Source: Shigella phage Sfk20. Taken from it: DNA of 64,000 bases. The translations under genes were made by a program, and so were the position numbers. Below, one piece after another: positions 20,514 through 29,443 of the stretch. The stretch lies in the sequence record MW341595, one strand, 5' to 3'. How positions within the stretch are numbered: position 1 is the first letter of the stretch; each line of letters starts with the position of its first letter. Below the pieces are notes generated by a model that was not told the origin of the DNA, ran no database searches, and was given only the letters and a program-made list of their open reading frames with translations.

Positions 20514-20568
20514 AATAATCTCAATTAAAAGGGCTTAGAACCATTATACCATCCTTGGTATAAAGCGG

Positions 20569-21096
20569 TTATGCGAGTACCGTCTTTAACCGTTCTTCAA
20601 ACTTCCGAAGAGTATTTTGGCGTTCAGCTCTTTGCTTTTTGTAAGTTTCAATACGCTCTGAAATGAGAGTGTATCGTTCATTTACCGATTCTTTCATAAA
20701 ATCAGGAATTTCACGAGAAGCTTTAATCTCGTCAAATTTATCAATAACAGCTTGCTCTTCAGCAATTAAGTTATCATACATCAAAATATCTTTCTTGATG
20801 AACTCAATATCTTCTTGAGTTACACGAGATAATTTAGATGCTTTATCCTTTTTGTACTGTTCATTAGTATCACGAGACCAGTGTAATGTACGATTTTTAT
20901 TCGTATTCTTGTAAATTTCTACAATACCGATCTCATCGATAATAACGATCCAATTCCAACGGGATTTGTAAATTTGTCCTCCATCAACAGTGATTTCACC
21001 TCCGATTGAGATGTCATTAAAGAACTTGCTTTGTGCCTCAGATTTAAATTTACCATCGTTGTAATTTACCAAGTTGAAAATATCTTTAGCGTTCAT
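20569..21096 (-). CDS. hypothetical protein
   Basis: 175 aa ORF with GGAGG RBS and early promoter upstream. Confidence 0.5.
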   Translation of the reverse strand: MNAKDIFNLVNYNDGKFKSEAQSKFFNDISIGGEITVDGGQIYKSRWNWIVIIDEIGIVEIYKNTNKNRTLHWSRDTNEQYKKDKASKLSRVTQEDIEFIKKDILMYDNLIAEEQAVIDKFDEIKASREIPDFMKESVNERYTLISERIETYKKQRAERQNTLRKFEERLKTVLA

Positions 21097-21122
21097 TTTC
21101 TGTTCCTCCGTAGTTGATAGTT

Positions 21123-21156
21123 GTATAGTACCACAGAGGAACAGTCTTGTAAACCA
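21123..21156 (-). promoter_or_regulatory. T4-type early promoter with conserved leader
   Basis: GTTTAC - 18 nt - TACTAT followed by conserved leader ACAACTATCAACTAC and GGAGG RBS. Confidence 0.55.
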
Positions 21157-21471
21157 CTAAAAGAAACTTCTTTCACAATTTTTTCCACTGAACCATGCAC
21201 TTACCGCTTTCTTAGTCTCAGGAGCAGTGTTATCCATAAACCATTCAAAGGCAGCCTTTTTGTGATTCTGGAGGGCTTCTCGGGCTTTAATCTGCTCACG
21301 GTCTATTAACACTAACATATGAGCCTTTCTTGTCACCATGGGCTTCTTATGATTTTTTGAATACTCCCAGTCATTTGTCCATCGCATTGTCGTTGCGAAC
21401 TGAAATACTGCTTCTTTAATTTTAGTTTCGTAAATTTCACGAGCCTTTGAGTATAACATCACTACCTCCAT
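21157..21471 (-). CDS. hypothetical protein
   Basis: 104 aa ORF. Confidence 0.5.
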   Translation of the reverse strand: MEVVMLYSKAREIYETKIKEAVFQFATTMRWTNDWEYSKNHKKPMVTRKAHMLVLIDREQIKAREALQNHKKAAFEWFMDNTAPETKKAVSAWFSGKNCERSFF

Positions 21472-21560
21472 TCACCAGTTTAATTCTAGTCATCTTTTTA
21501 ATGGCAGTCCATATAATCTATTTCTGAACTGCCTTTTTGTCATAGAAGTCCTCTTATGAA

Positions 21561-22529
21561 TTATTTCAGAAGAGTAACCTCAGCGATTTCTTCCCAACCA
21601 TTTTTGTCGGTCATAATAAAGTCAGCAAGATAAAGAGCAGTACGCAGTGAAACATTGCGTAAACGATTAACATTAACTTTCATCCATGATAATGCTTTAT
21701 AAGTTTCTTCATCAGAAAGACCACGCTTTTGCATCATGTCAGTTGAAAGAATAACATCTTCAACCCTGACCATAATTTCTTCATTAGTGTGAACACCCAA
21801 ATCTAAATAAACTGAGCGGGACACTAATGCTTGTAAATGTGGAGCAAGTTTAGTACCACGGTCTAATTCGCGGTCAATGTCAACGTTTGTGATAAAAACA
21901 ATCGTTCCTTTAAATTCAAACTCACGCTCAATGCCTTTTTCTTCTAAGTAAGAAGATGCAGTGCTCCAGCAGACTTTACGGGTCTCTCCAGTGTCCAGAG
22001 CGGCTTTTAGAAGATTAAGAATGTCCATATCAGAGAAAACATCCACATCATCAATCAAAAGGACAGAATTCTCTTCACGATTATTCCAAAGCTGCTCATA
22101 AAGACCAATACCAGAGATTTTACCATTAATGCTTTTATATTCAATGTATCCAATATCATTTGCTTTATTTAAAGCTTTATCTAAAGAATACGTTTTACCA
22201 ATACCTGCTGCGCCAGAGATAATTAATGAACGAATATTTCCGTTAATAATACCATTCGTCATCATTCCCATAACATTAAATCTTTTATTAATGCGGGTTT
22301 TCATATCTTCATATGATTCTTTAACTTCTTCAACTTTTACACCATCATATGAAATATCTGATTTGTAAACCCAAACACCGCGACGTTTACCGTCAATTTC
22401 AACAAAAACTTTACCATCTCCTTGCGCATCTACTGGAGCATTATCTGGGAACCATTCGCCTAAGAGCTCAAAAGTTCCAGAGATTTCTTTACCGAAGTAG
22501 ATACCCTTATTGATAGTTACAGTTTTCAT
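21561..22529 (-). CDS. P-loop/AAA-type ATPase
   Basis: Walker A ISGAAGIGKT and Walker B VLLIDDVD; likely start ATG 22527-22529 (MKTVTINKG) behind GGAG RBS. Confidence 0.6.
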   Translation of the reverse strand: MKTVTINKGIYFGKEISGTFELLGEWFPDNAPVDAQGDGKVFVEIDGKRRGVWVYKSDISYDGVKVEEVKESYEDMKTRINKRFNVMGMMTNGIINGNIRSLIISGAAGIGKTYSLDKALNKANDIGYIEYKSINGKISGIGLYEQLWNNREENSVLLIDDVDVFSDMDILNLLKAALDTGETRKVCWSTASSYLEEKGIEREFEFKGTIVFITNVDIDRELDRGTKLAPHLQALVSRSVYLDLGVHTNEEIMVRVEDVILSTDMMQKRGLSDEETYKALSWMKVNVNRLRNVSLRTALYLADFIMTDKNGWEEIAEVTLLK

Positions 22530-22573
22530 TTTATTCTCCAAATCCGTATCAGTTGATAGTTGTATAGTACCAT

Positions 22574-22595
22574 AGGGAGCCCGAAGGCTCCCTAT
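22574..22595 (-). terminator. C(UUCG)G tetraloop hairpin between NTase and ATPase genes
   Basis: UAGGGAGCC-UUCG-GGCUCCCUA directly after NTase stop. Confidence 0.45.
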
Positions 22596-23608
22596 CATTT
22601 ATAATAACTTCGGTGGTTTTCAAGATAAACCCTCTCAAGGAAGTCATCCCAGAAACCCATGTCTACTTTTTGCTGCATACCGTTCTTAGAAGCTTCAATG
22701 GATGCTGCTTCTACTTGATCGACCACATCTTCCAAAAACTCTTGAACAGTTTTAAATGGATGTTTACCCAACTTCACGTCGAGAATAAATGGAGCGTCTT
22801 GAAGTGGATAGACTAAGTCACCAGTTTTGTAAATTTCCAATAGTTGGAGCCCACCACGACAAGCATGACTCAGAGCTTTCCAGTCAATGCCCTCATTCGC
22901 TTCAGCCTTACGAGCACGTTCGCCGTATTCAGCATCAAGTTTATTCAAAGATTGCTTAAGCTCGATAAGAGAAAGTGTTGTTTGATATTTACGACCCAAC
23001 ACAGTGTAGAACGTTTGTGGACCTGTTTTCTCATGATTATGGAATACCCATTCACAGAATTCGTTCTCTGGAAGACGATGCTTAATATCTTCAACTTTAG
23101 TTCGACGCTGCTTAATGGAACCGTCTTCTTGGTAATCAACCCATTGCTCAGGGATTTGATTAACTACTTTCAATACATCACGTAATGCGGCCAAACGAGA
23201 ACCCTTAACACCGTATTTAGAAGCTTGCTTGCGAACATATCCTAAGTAGGATTTCATGTTAGTCGTATAAAAACGAGAACGATTGTCTTGAATAAACTTC
23301 CATACATCAGGCAAATCAGATTTAATTACTAGTTCCGGTGGAGTGTGGAGCATATCCAATGCTACAGTTTCACCATCTGCTGCTAATTTAAAGAAATACT
23401 TAAGACTGTATAGTTCATGGTCAATATCATCTTTAGTGTTTTTAGATGATGTGTTGTTAGTGTTTTTACTCATATGCTCTTTAACATTTCCGATAAGAAT
23501 ATCACGAGCAGGAGGAACAAAGATTTCTTTAAAATCTACATCAGATTCTGGAGTAGAAGTTCCATAAAGATGACTACCAAAATAGCTTTTCATTACTGTT
23601 TTCATCAT
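22595..23608 (-). CDS. nucleotidyltransferase-fold protein (pol-beta superfamily)
   Basis: N-terminal FGSHLYGTSTPESDVDF = hG[GS]...DxD minimal NTase signature; 337 aa; stop overlaps the ATPase ORF region. Confidence 0.55.
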   Translation of the reverse strand: MMKTVMKSYFGSHLYGTSTPESDVDFKEIFVPPARDILIGNVKEHMSKNTNNTSSKNTKDDIDHELYSLKYFFKLAADGETVALDMLHTPPELVIKSDLPDVWKFIQDNRSRFYTTNMKSYLGYVRKQASKYGVKGSRLAALRDVLKVVNQIPEQWVDYQEDGSIKQRRTKVEDIKHRLPENEFCEWVFHNHEKTGPQTFYTVLGRKYQTTLSLIELKQSLNKLDAEYGERARKAEANEGIDWKALSHACRGGLQLLEIYKTGDLVYPLQDAPFILDVKLGKHPFKTVQEFLEDVVDQVEAASIEASKNGMQQKVDMGFWDDFLERVYLENHRSYYK

Positions 23609-24066
23609 TCAGCCTTATATTCAATAACAGGACATACTTTAGCTTTACGCACTTTTAAAAATTCGACGATAATAGATTTCTTGGGTTGAATAGGAGGTAA
23701 ACCTTTATACGCCCTATCAATATTTTCTACATGTAAAGCATAATCCTTTTTCCATTTATAATCTTTATATTTTTCATGCAGTTGTGCAGGAATAACAAAT
23801 GAACCAATAATAAGTAAAACAAGCAAAATGGCAAGTATAAATGCTGATGGAATAAGAGTCCATAAACTACCAAAAATAAACCATTTCTGCATGATTTCTG
23901 CACAGATAATAGTTAGACCTGTGAGTATAGTACATCCGAAAAAAGAAACGAAAAATGTAGGGATAACAATAGACCAAAAGTATGCGCACAGTGTCTTAGG
24001 TCGTTTCCATTCATCATTAAACAGTTTGAATAATTTATAGTGCCAAGAGTTTTCATTAATAATCAT
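23605..24066 (-). CDS. hypothetical multi-pass membrane protein
   Basis: 153 aa; three or four hydrophobic helices. Confidence 0.5.
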   Translation of the reverse strand: MIINENSWHYKLFKLFNDEWKRPKTLCAYFWSIVIPTFFVSFFGCTILTGLTIICAEIMQKWFIFGSLWTLIPSAFILAILLVLLIIGSFVIPAQLHEKYKDYKWKKDYALHVENIDRAYKGLPPIQPKKSIIVEFLKVRKAKVCPVIEYKAE

Positions 24067-24068
24067 AA

Positions 24069-24590
24069 TTATCCTTTCATTGAAGGTGTAACAGTTGTTA
24101 AATACTTAATCATAGCTTCAGCTTCTGATTTTGATAATGAAATTTCTCCATTGTTTTGACGAATAGAAATAAAATCCGGATGACGGTCACCACCAGCTTT
24201 TAAAACACACATATAAGTATCAGTTTCATCTTCAATATCTGAAATAATTGAAGCAGTTCCGCATGAATGTGGTTTTTGATAAATCAATGCAGCTTTTCTT
24301 CCACCGTTTGACTGTTCATAAACTTTTAACACATCAAACAAATCGCTTCTTTTATCAATAGCTAAGATGTTGTTTTCATCTTCAATGTTAAATCCTTCGG
24401 ATACTTCATAAAGTGTCACCCATAAATCACCTATATCGATAGTAGCATTTCCTTTTCCACGACTTTCAAGAATGTGACAAATTTTCTTAATTTCATCATA
24501 ACTCATTTTAATAATATCATCTCCTTGACTAAGGAAGATGTCATTTTTAAATTCAACGCGAATTAAACCACTTCCACTTGAAATAAACAT
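24069..24590 (-). CDS. hypothetical protein (paralogue of next ORF)
   Basis: 173 aa; C-terminus SEAEAMIKYLTTVTPSMKG resembles the neighbouring ORF. Confidence 0.5.
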   Translation of the reverse strand: MFISSGSGLIRVEFKNDIFLSQGDDIIKMSYDEIKKICHILESRGKGNATIDIGDLWVTLYEVSEGFNIEDENNILAIDKRSDLFDVLKVYEQSNGGRKAALIYQKPHSCGTASIISDIEDETDTYMCVLKAGGDRHPDFISIRQNNGEISLSKSEAEAMIKYLTTVTPSMKG

Positions 24591-24596
24591 ATTTCC

Positions 24597-25154
24597 TCAC
24601 TTTGAAATCATAGTTGGAATGACAGAATCAAGATAAGTCTTTAGCGCAATAGCTTCGTCTTTGGTAAATGTGACAATATGCGATCGAAAATCATCAATTT
24701 GACGAATAGTTAAGACATCACCATCTTCATAGCATTTTGATACGTTTAAAACAGTTTCATCATTCTGATTGCAAGCGTTAGTAATAATAGCATTGCAATT
24801 TTTGAGCCATTTTAAACTATGTTTTCTTTCATTAGAATAATAAAAATATTTAATCTTATCTATAAAACTATCCCAATGAATAACTGATAAACATATTGAC
24901 TCGCTTTCAATATTAAATCCTGGGCATGAAGAATAAAAATGAATTTTATGCTCATCATTAATGCTTACAATTTTATCAGTATAAGGATTTTCAATTTGGG
25001 TTAAATGAATGATTTCACTAGGCGTAAAATACATCATATCATCTTCTTGCGTCAAACGATACATATTATTTACTTTTTCTATAGCTAATTCACCAAAAAG
25101 TGAACTAACTTCTAATACTAATCGTTTCATATTGATTCTCTTCGACTCACTCAC
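24597..25154 (-). CDS. hypothetical protein (paralogue of previous ORF)
   Basis: 185 aa; C-terminus DEAIALKTYLDSVIPTMISK. Confidence 0.5.
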   Translation of the reverse strand: MSESKRINMKRLVLEVSSLFGELAIEKVNNMYRLTQEDDMMYFTPSEIIHLTQIENPYTDKIVSINDEHKIHFYSSCPGFNIESESICLSVIHWDSFIDKIKYFYYSNERKHSLKWLKNCNAIITNACNQNDETVLNVSKCYEDGDVLTIRQIDDFRSHIVTFTKDEAIALKTYLDSVIPTMISK

Positions 25155-25287
25155 AATTACATACTCCTTTGAATAATATCAATAATGTTGTTCACCAGAT
25201 TATAAGTAAACATTGGGTAATTATATTGAATCATCACATACACAACAAACAAAACTTTCATTCTCTTCTCCTTGACAGTTGACAAGA

Positions 25288-25321
25288 TTACTATACCATA
25301 ACCTTGCCAACTTGTAAACCA
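25288..25321 (-). promoter_or_regulatory. T4-type early promoter
   Basis: GTTTAC - 18 nt - TATAGT on minus strand. Confidence 0.45.
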
Positions 25322-25484
25322 TTAAATGACGTTTTCAATAAAATTCTGAAGCTTTGTGTGAGCATCAACCATGATTTTCATTTCTTCCTTTGCGAAAGCT
25401 GTACCTCTTTCTCGAGCAGAATACTCATAGTCAGAAACTGCATTAGCATATTCTTCAATTAGCTTCATTAAAAACATCTGCTTT

Positions 25485-25679
25485 TCAGTTTTCATTATTC
25501 CACCTAATCATTTCAAGATATTGAACTAACTTAGCTTTGGATTTATCCAAATCCTTTTTAGCTGCTTCTATACCATCGTATGAGTATCCTTCACAATGCT
25601 CAACTGCTAATTGGTATGAATCTATTTCAATATCACGTGCTAATTTAATGATTTTTTCAAACTGTTCACGTGTTAGCAT
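25485..25679 (-). CDS. hypothetical protein
   Basis: 64 aa ORF. Confidence 0.4.
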   Translation of the reverse strand: MLTREQFEKIIKLARDIEIDSYQLAVEHCEGYSYDGIEAAKKDLDKSKAKLVQYLEMIRWNNEN

Positions 25680-25681
25680 AC

Positions 25682-25921
25682 TTAAACTCTCGTATTATGA
25701 TCGATAATTTCATCAAGAAACATATCTAAAGCTTCTACAGCATTATCAACTTTAGCTTCAAGTTCTTCAGCACCTTTATTTGCAATGCCCGACGAAAACC
25801 AAGCAAAGTCACTAAGTTCCTCATCTGCTTTGCGAATTAAAGCTACCAATTCTTTAATTTTATCTGCTTGTTCAATGCTAATCATTATTCCACCACATAT
25901 GAAAGAGAGAATATTGCACAC
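25682..25921 (-). CDS. hypothetical protein
   Basis: 79 aa ORF. Confidence 0.4.
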   Translation of the reverse strand: MCNILSFICGGIMISIEQADKIKELVALIRKADEELSDFAWFSSGIANKGAEELEAKVDNAVEALDMFLDEIIDHNTRV

Positions 25922-26073
25922 GCCATGTGAGTTGCAGCTTCATCACACATATCATAACGTTTCTTAAGAAGTTCTACAAGTTCTTCACTAGTAACGTCAT
26001 CCATGTTGACGAAAAAATCACCATTAATGATGACGTAGATGTTTCCTTCTTGATTGAGTGCTTCAATTTTCAT
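25885..26073 (-). CDS. hypothetical protein
   Basis: Start at ATG 26071-26073 behind GAGGAG RBS (MKIEALNQ...); longer track ORF runs into promoter. Confidence 0.4.
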   Translation of the reverse strand: MKIEALNQEGNIYVIINGDFFVNMDDVTSEELVELLKKRYDMCDEAATHMACAIFSLSYVVE

Positions 26074-26099
26074 GATGTTCTCCTCTTTATCCGATAGTT

Positions 26100-26133
26100 G
26101 TATAGTATCACAGCTCAAATGGAAAGTAAACCG
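26100..26133 (-). promoter_or_regulatory. T4-type early promoter with conserved leader
   Basis: GTTTAC - 18 nt - TACTAT then ACAACTATC leader and GAGGAG RBS; immediately downstream of terminator 26141-26163. Confidence 0.55.
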
Positions 26134-26140
26134 GTAAAAT

Positions 26141-26163
26141 GAAAAAAGTCTCCCGAAGGAGAC
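26141..26163 (-). terminator. rho-independent terminator
   Basis: GUCUCC-UUCG-GGAGAC followed by UUUUUU. Confidence 0.65.
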
Positions 26164-26168
26164 TAATG

Positions 26169-26555
26169 TTATTCGAGGGAAAGAAGATATTTGCTCTGGT
26201 AAAACATCCCAGTAATATCATCTATCGTGCTTTGAATGGCTGGAGGCATTTCTTTATAAATGCTGTTAGATTGGTCTAGTATGCGATCAATCATTTTAAT
26301 TGTGTCGGTAGGAAGTTTACTGGCATCTGGAATAGAAGGCGTGTATTTTCTACCAGAATACCCCAAATATTGCTCACCAAATTTATCAATCAAATCTGGC
26401 AACTCAGAGAAAATAAAATCGTATGCTTTGTGTCTAGCATAACTTTTAGTTTCAAAATGCGCAGAATGAAAATAAGCTTGTGCAGCCATTAATAAACCTA
26501 AGTATTCATCTGCCTTTGAAGGTTTTCCACTTTGTGAAAAGTCGCTGAATTTCAT
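26169..26555 (-). CDS. hypothetical protein
   Basis: 128 aa ORF upstream-adjacent to rI; terminator hairpin after stop. Confidence 0.5.
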   Translation of the reverse strand: MKFSDFSQSGKPSKADEYLGLLMAAQAYFHSAHFETKSYARHKAYDFIFSELPDLIDKFGEQYLGYSGRKYTPSIPDASKLPTDTIKMIDRILDQSNSIYKEMPPAIQSTIDDITGMFYQSKYLLSLE

Positions 26556-26845
26556 TCAGTCTCCAATTTAATGTTCATAATTCTAGCGTATGATTGTGCC
26601 ATCTCCGCGCCTCGCTCTATACATTCAAAATCGGAAGAGCACGGGTCATTTTTATAAGTCGTTCGCATAAAACTATAGAACTGTTCAGATGATTCTACGC
26701 TTTTATTTTCAAAAAGCGTGTAAACATGTCTAATACCAGATTCCATAAATTTATCAAAATGAGGATCGACATTCGCTTCAATTGGTGGAGATAAAGCAAA
26801 CGCTAATCCTAGCATGGCAAATAGTGCCGTTGCTTTTAAGGCCAT
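26552..26845 (-). CDS. rI: lysis inhibition regulator RI
   Basis: 97 aa; N-terminal signal-anchor (ALKATALFAMLGLAFALSP); matches recalled T4 RI. Confidence 0.75.
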   Translation of the reverse strand: MALKATALFAMLGLAFALSPPIEANVDPHFDKFMESGIRHVYTLFENKSVESSEQFYSFMRTTYKNDPCSSDFECIERGAEMAQSYARIMNIKLETE

Positions 26846-26857
26846 AAAGGCCTCCTA

Positions 26858-27070
26858 TCATTTTTGTCCTGTATTTACTTTATGCCGATGCACGGCCTTA
26901 ACTTTATCAAGGTATTTTTCAAAATTTCGCAATCTAGTATAGTCTGCCGGAGATTGGTTGAGTGATACTTCTCGACGCAAAGCTGAAATGATATTTCCAA
27001 CTTCCCTACGAATTTCATCTAATTGAAGAACAGTAAGATTGCGAAGTTGCTTTTCAGTTAATTGTAGCAT
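26858..27070 (-). CDS. hypothetical protein
   Basis: 70 aa ORF. Confidence 0.45.
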
Positions 27071-27112
27071 ATATACCCCTTTAGTTAGATAAACCTATTT
27101 ATAACTTTTGCA

Positions 27113-27694
27113 CTAACCGAGCTTTTTAGTTAATTCATTCCAATGTTTTCTACACAAAGAAACATAAATTTCATCACCAATACAGATTTGATTACCTTCT
27201 TTAACTGGTGTTCCATCTTCCATTAATCGAGCTGTCATAATCGCTTTTTTACCACAATGACAAACTGCCTTTAGTTCAATAAGTTTATCTGCAATCGCCA
27301 AAAGTTCTTTAGAACCTTCAAATAATTTTCCAGCGAAATCAGTCCTTAGCCCATAAGCCATAACAGGAACATTATATGTATCAACAATTCGGCTTAATTG
27401 ATGCACCTGTTCAGTTTTTAAAAACTGGGCTTCATCTACAAATACGCAATGAATATCTTTTTGTGCTTCAGCCCATTTATAGAACTCAAAAATATCCATA
27501 TCATCCGTAATAATATTCGCTTCCTGTTTAATTCCAATGCGAGAAACGACTTCACAGACAGAATCGCGAGTATCAATAGCAGGCTTAAGAACTAATACAC
27601 CCATTCCACGTTCTTTATAATTATGTGCAGCAGTCAAAAGAGAAGCAGATTTTCCAGCATTCATTGCTGCATAAGTAAAAATTAAACTCGCCAT
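27113..27694 (-). CDS. tk: thymidine kinase
   Basis: 193 aa; P-loop MNAGKS and C-terminal zinc ribbon CHCG...C motifs. Confidence 0.92.
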   Translation of the reverse strand: MASLIFTYAAMNAGKSASLLTAAHNYKERGMGVLVLKPAIDTRDSVCEVVSRIGIKQEANIITDDMDIFEFYKWAEAQKDIHCVFVDEAQFLKTEQVHQLSRIVDTYNVPVMAYGLRTDFAGKLFEGSKELLAIADKLIELKAVCHCGKKAIMTARLMEDGTPVKEGNQICIGDEIYVSLCRKHWNELTKKLG

Positions 27695-27695
27695 C

Positions 27696-27884
27696 TTAGT
27701 CCTTAGTTAAATTTTCTAAATATGTTTCTAAATCATTTTCAGCTTTATCGATAGATTTTACTAATTCGTAATATGTTTCGGCATCTCCATAATCTGAAGC
27801 CGCTTCAAAAGATAAATCTCGTTCTAAACTAATAATTTCACCAACTAAAAATAATATTTCGTTCTTTTGTTCGCGGGTAATCAT
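27696..27884 (-). CDS. hypothetical protein
   Basis: 62 aa acidic ORF. Confidence 0.45.
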   Translation of the reverse strand: MITREQKNEILFLVGEIISLERDLSFEAASDYGDAETYYELVKSIDKAENDLETYLENLTKD

Positions 27885-28066
27885 AAGGAATTTATATAAT
27901 CAATAAGTTCTTGTTCTTTATCGTCGAAATCTTTACACAGTTCTTCGTATTCGTCAGTATTAAAAGGACCGCATTCATCACAAACTTTTTCCAATTCACT
28001 GTTTTTATCCATAACTTCGTGAATAAGAGAAAACAGCTTGTCTTTTTGTTCTTTACTTAGGCTCAT
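27881..28066 (-). CDS. hypothetical protein
   Basis: 61 aa acidic ORF. Confidence 0.45.
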   Translation of the reverse strand: MSLSKEQKDKLFSLIHEVMDKNSELEKVCDECGPFNTDEYEELCKDFDDKEQELIDYINSL

Positions 28067-28232
28067 ATATTAATTTCCAAAAGTTTTAAAATAATTCGCT
28101 TTTGCTTAAATATTTCCATAGTTAAATGATCAGTATCTTTTTGGCCAATTCCAATTGCAAAACCTTTATTAACAGCTAGTTCAATTAAATTATCAAGTTC
28201 ACGTAACACTTCATATTGTAGCTCAGAACTAT

Positions 28233-28460
28233 TCATTTCGGTTTACCTTCTTTAACGAAATCAGGATAAGGATAAAATCCTGAATAAAATCCTTCACCTT
28301 TATGATTGATGCATCCTTTATTAGAACAATAGCACCAATAATCGAAATCACAAGCCATTTCATCATTACATAAAGCAAAAACAACCGGCCATTCACACTT
28401 TTCGCAGTGGGCATTTTTAAGAATACTAGTTTGACTCATAACCATGTAACCTTTAAGCAA
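28233..28460 (-). CDS. hypothetical Cys-rich protein
   Basis: 75 aa with 8 Cys (CEKCEW...CYCSNKGC). Confidence 0.45.
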   Translation of the reverse strand: MLKGYMVMSQTSILKNAHCEKCEWPVVFALCNDEMACDFDYWCYCSNKGCINHKGEGFYSGFYPYPDFVKEGKPK

Positions 28461-28648
28461 TATTCTTCTACATGTTGTTTACGACCTTTTTTATCAATAA
28501 AGGTATATTCAACGAATGTTCCAATATAATCTTTATCTACATCATGTGGACTATTAATTGGGCATTTAGTACGGCAAATGCGTTCCCATTGACGAATAAT
28601 TTCCACTTTGTTTTTAGGATCAAACGGATGCGGGTAATGTACTTTCAT
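28436..28648 (-). CDS. hypothetical protein
   Basis: 70 aa ORF. Confidence 0.45.
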   Translation of the reverse strand: MKVHYPHPFDPKNKVEIIRQWERICRTKCPINSPHDVDKDYIGTFVEYTFIDKKGRKQHVEEYCLKVTWL

Positions 28649-29099
28649 AATCCACCACTATTAAATCAATATCAGGAGTAAACATGTCGATTAATTTAGA
28701 AACCTTATCCCAATCGCCGCCAGCAATACCACAACCGATGCGTGGAATGTAAATTACTGGTTTAAACAAAAGGGTTTCTGCCTGTAGATTTAATTCTATC
28801 ATACAGTTTACTAAAGCACCATAATCAAGATTAGGACCCGGTTCGTATTGCGTATACAAATTATAGCACATACTAAATCCTGTAGGATTATGTTTAAAAA
28901 CAATAGACATATCGCCTAATTTATCACGAGAACCGTACTCGGTAGTGGTTTTATCTATTTCTAAAATTTTGGGATAGGCTCTTGCTAATTGACCTGCTAC
29001 GCCAGAGCCCATTGTGTGGAAGCAATTACACCCGTGCGCAATAATATTACCTTGAAGAAATAGGGCGACAATATCGCCCTTGATATATTTTACAATCAT
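28620..29099 (-). CDS. hypothetical protein, possibly macro-domain-like
   Basis: 159 aa; N-terminal KGDIV...HGCNCFHTMGSGVAGQLA loosely resembles macro-domain GDI...NAAN...GGGV pattern. Confidence 0.4.
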   Translation of the reverse strand: MIVKYIKGDIVALFLQGNIIAHGCNCFHTMGSGVAGQLARAYPKILEIDKTTTEYGSRDKLGDMSIVFKHNPTGFSMCYNLYTQYEPGPNLDYGALVNCMIELNLQAETLLFKPVIYIPRIGCGIAGGDWDKVSKLIDMFTPDIDLIVVDYESTLPASV

Positions 29100-29443
29100 C
29101 TAGTACTCAATCCTCGATTATAAGAATCTACTAAACGGTCAACCATTGAATGACAAGCGGCTTTATCTTTCTCCTCCGCAACTGAACATTCTAAGGTATT
29201 CCACTTTTTAGCATATCGTTTTAACAATGTATCATTTTTGTATCTGCTTGATTTATCTCTTTCTCCGTCTTTATATGCATATATTAATTTCTGTGCAAAT
29301 TCAGCTTGGCATGCTTTATTTTTCCCGCAATAATCTGCGGCAGTACGGTTTACATACTCTCTAATTTCAGTATATGATGTATCTGCTGATGCAGAAGCAG
29401 AAAATGAAATTAATCCTATACATAAAACCAAAATTTTAGTCAT
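29096..29443 (-). CDS. hypothetical secreted protein
   Basis: 115 aa; N-terminal signal peptide MTKILVLCIGLISFSASASA. Confidence 0.5.
   Translation of the reverse strand: MTKILVLCIGLISFSASASADTSYTEIREYVNRTAADYCGKNKACQAEFAQKLIYAYKDGERDKSSRYKNDTLLKRYAKKWNTLECSVAEEKDKAACHSMVDRLVDSYNRGLSTR

Noticed and set aside
25271-25283. Tandem TTGACA TTGACA on the plus strand as a plus-strand sigma70 promoter
   Set aside because: No acceptable -10 hexamer at 16-18 nt downstream on the plus strand and no plus-strand gene nearby; the minus-strand GTTTAC/TATAGT promoter in the same spacer fits better.
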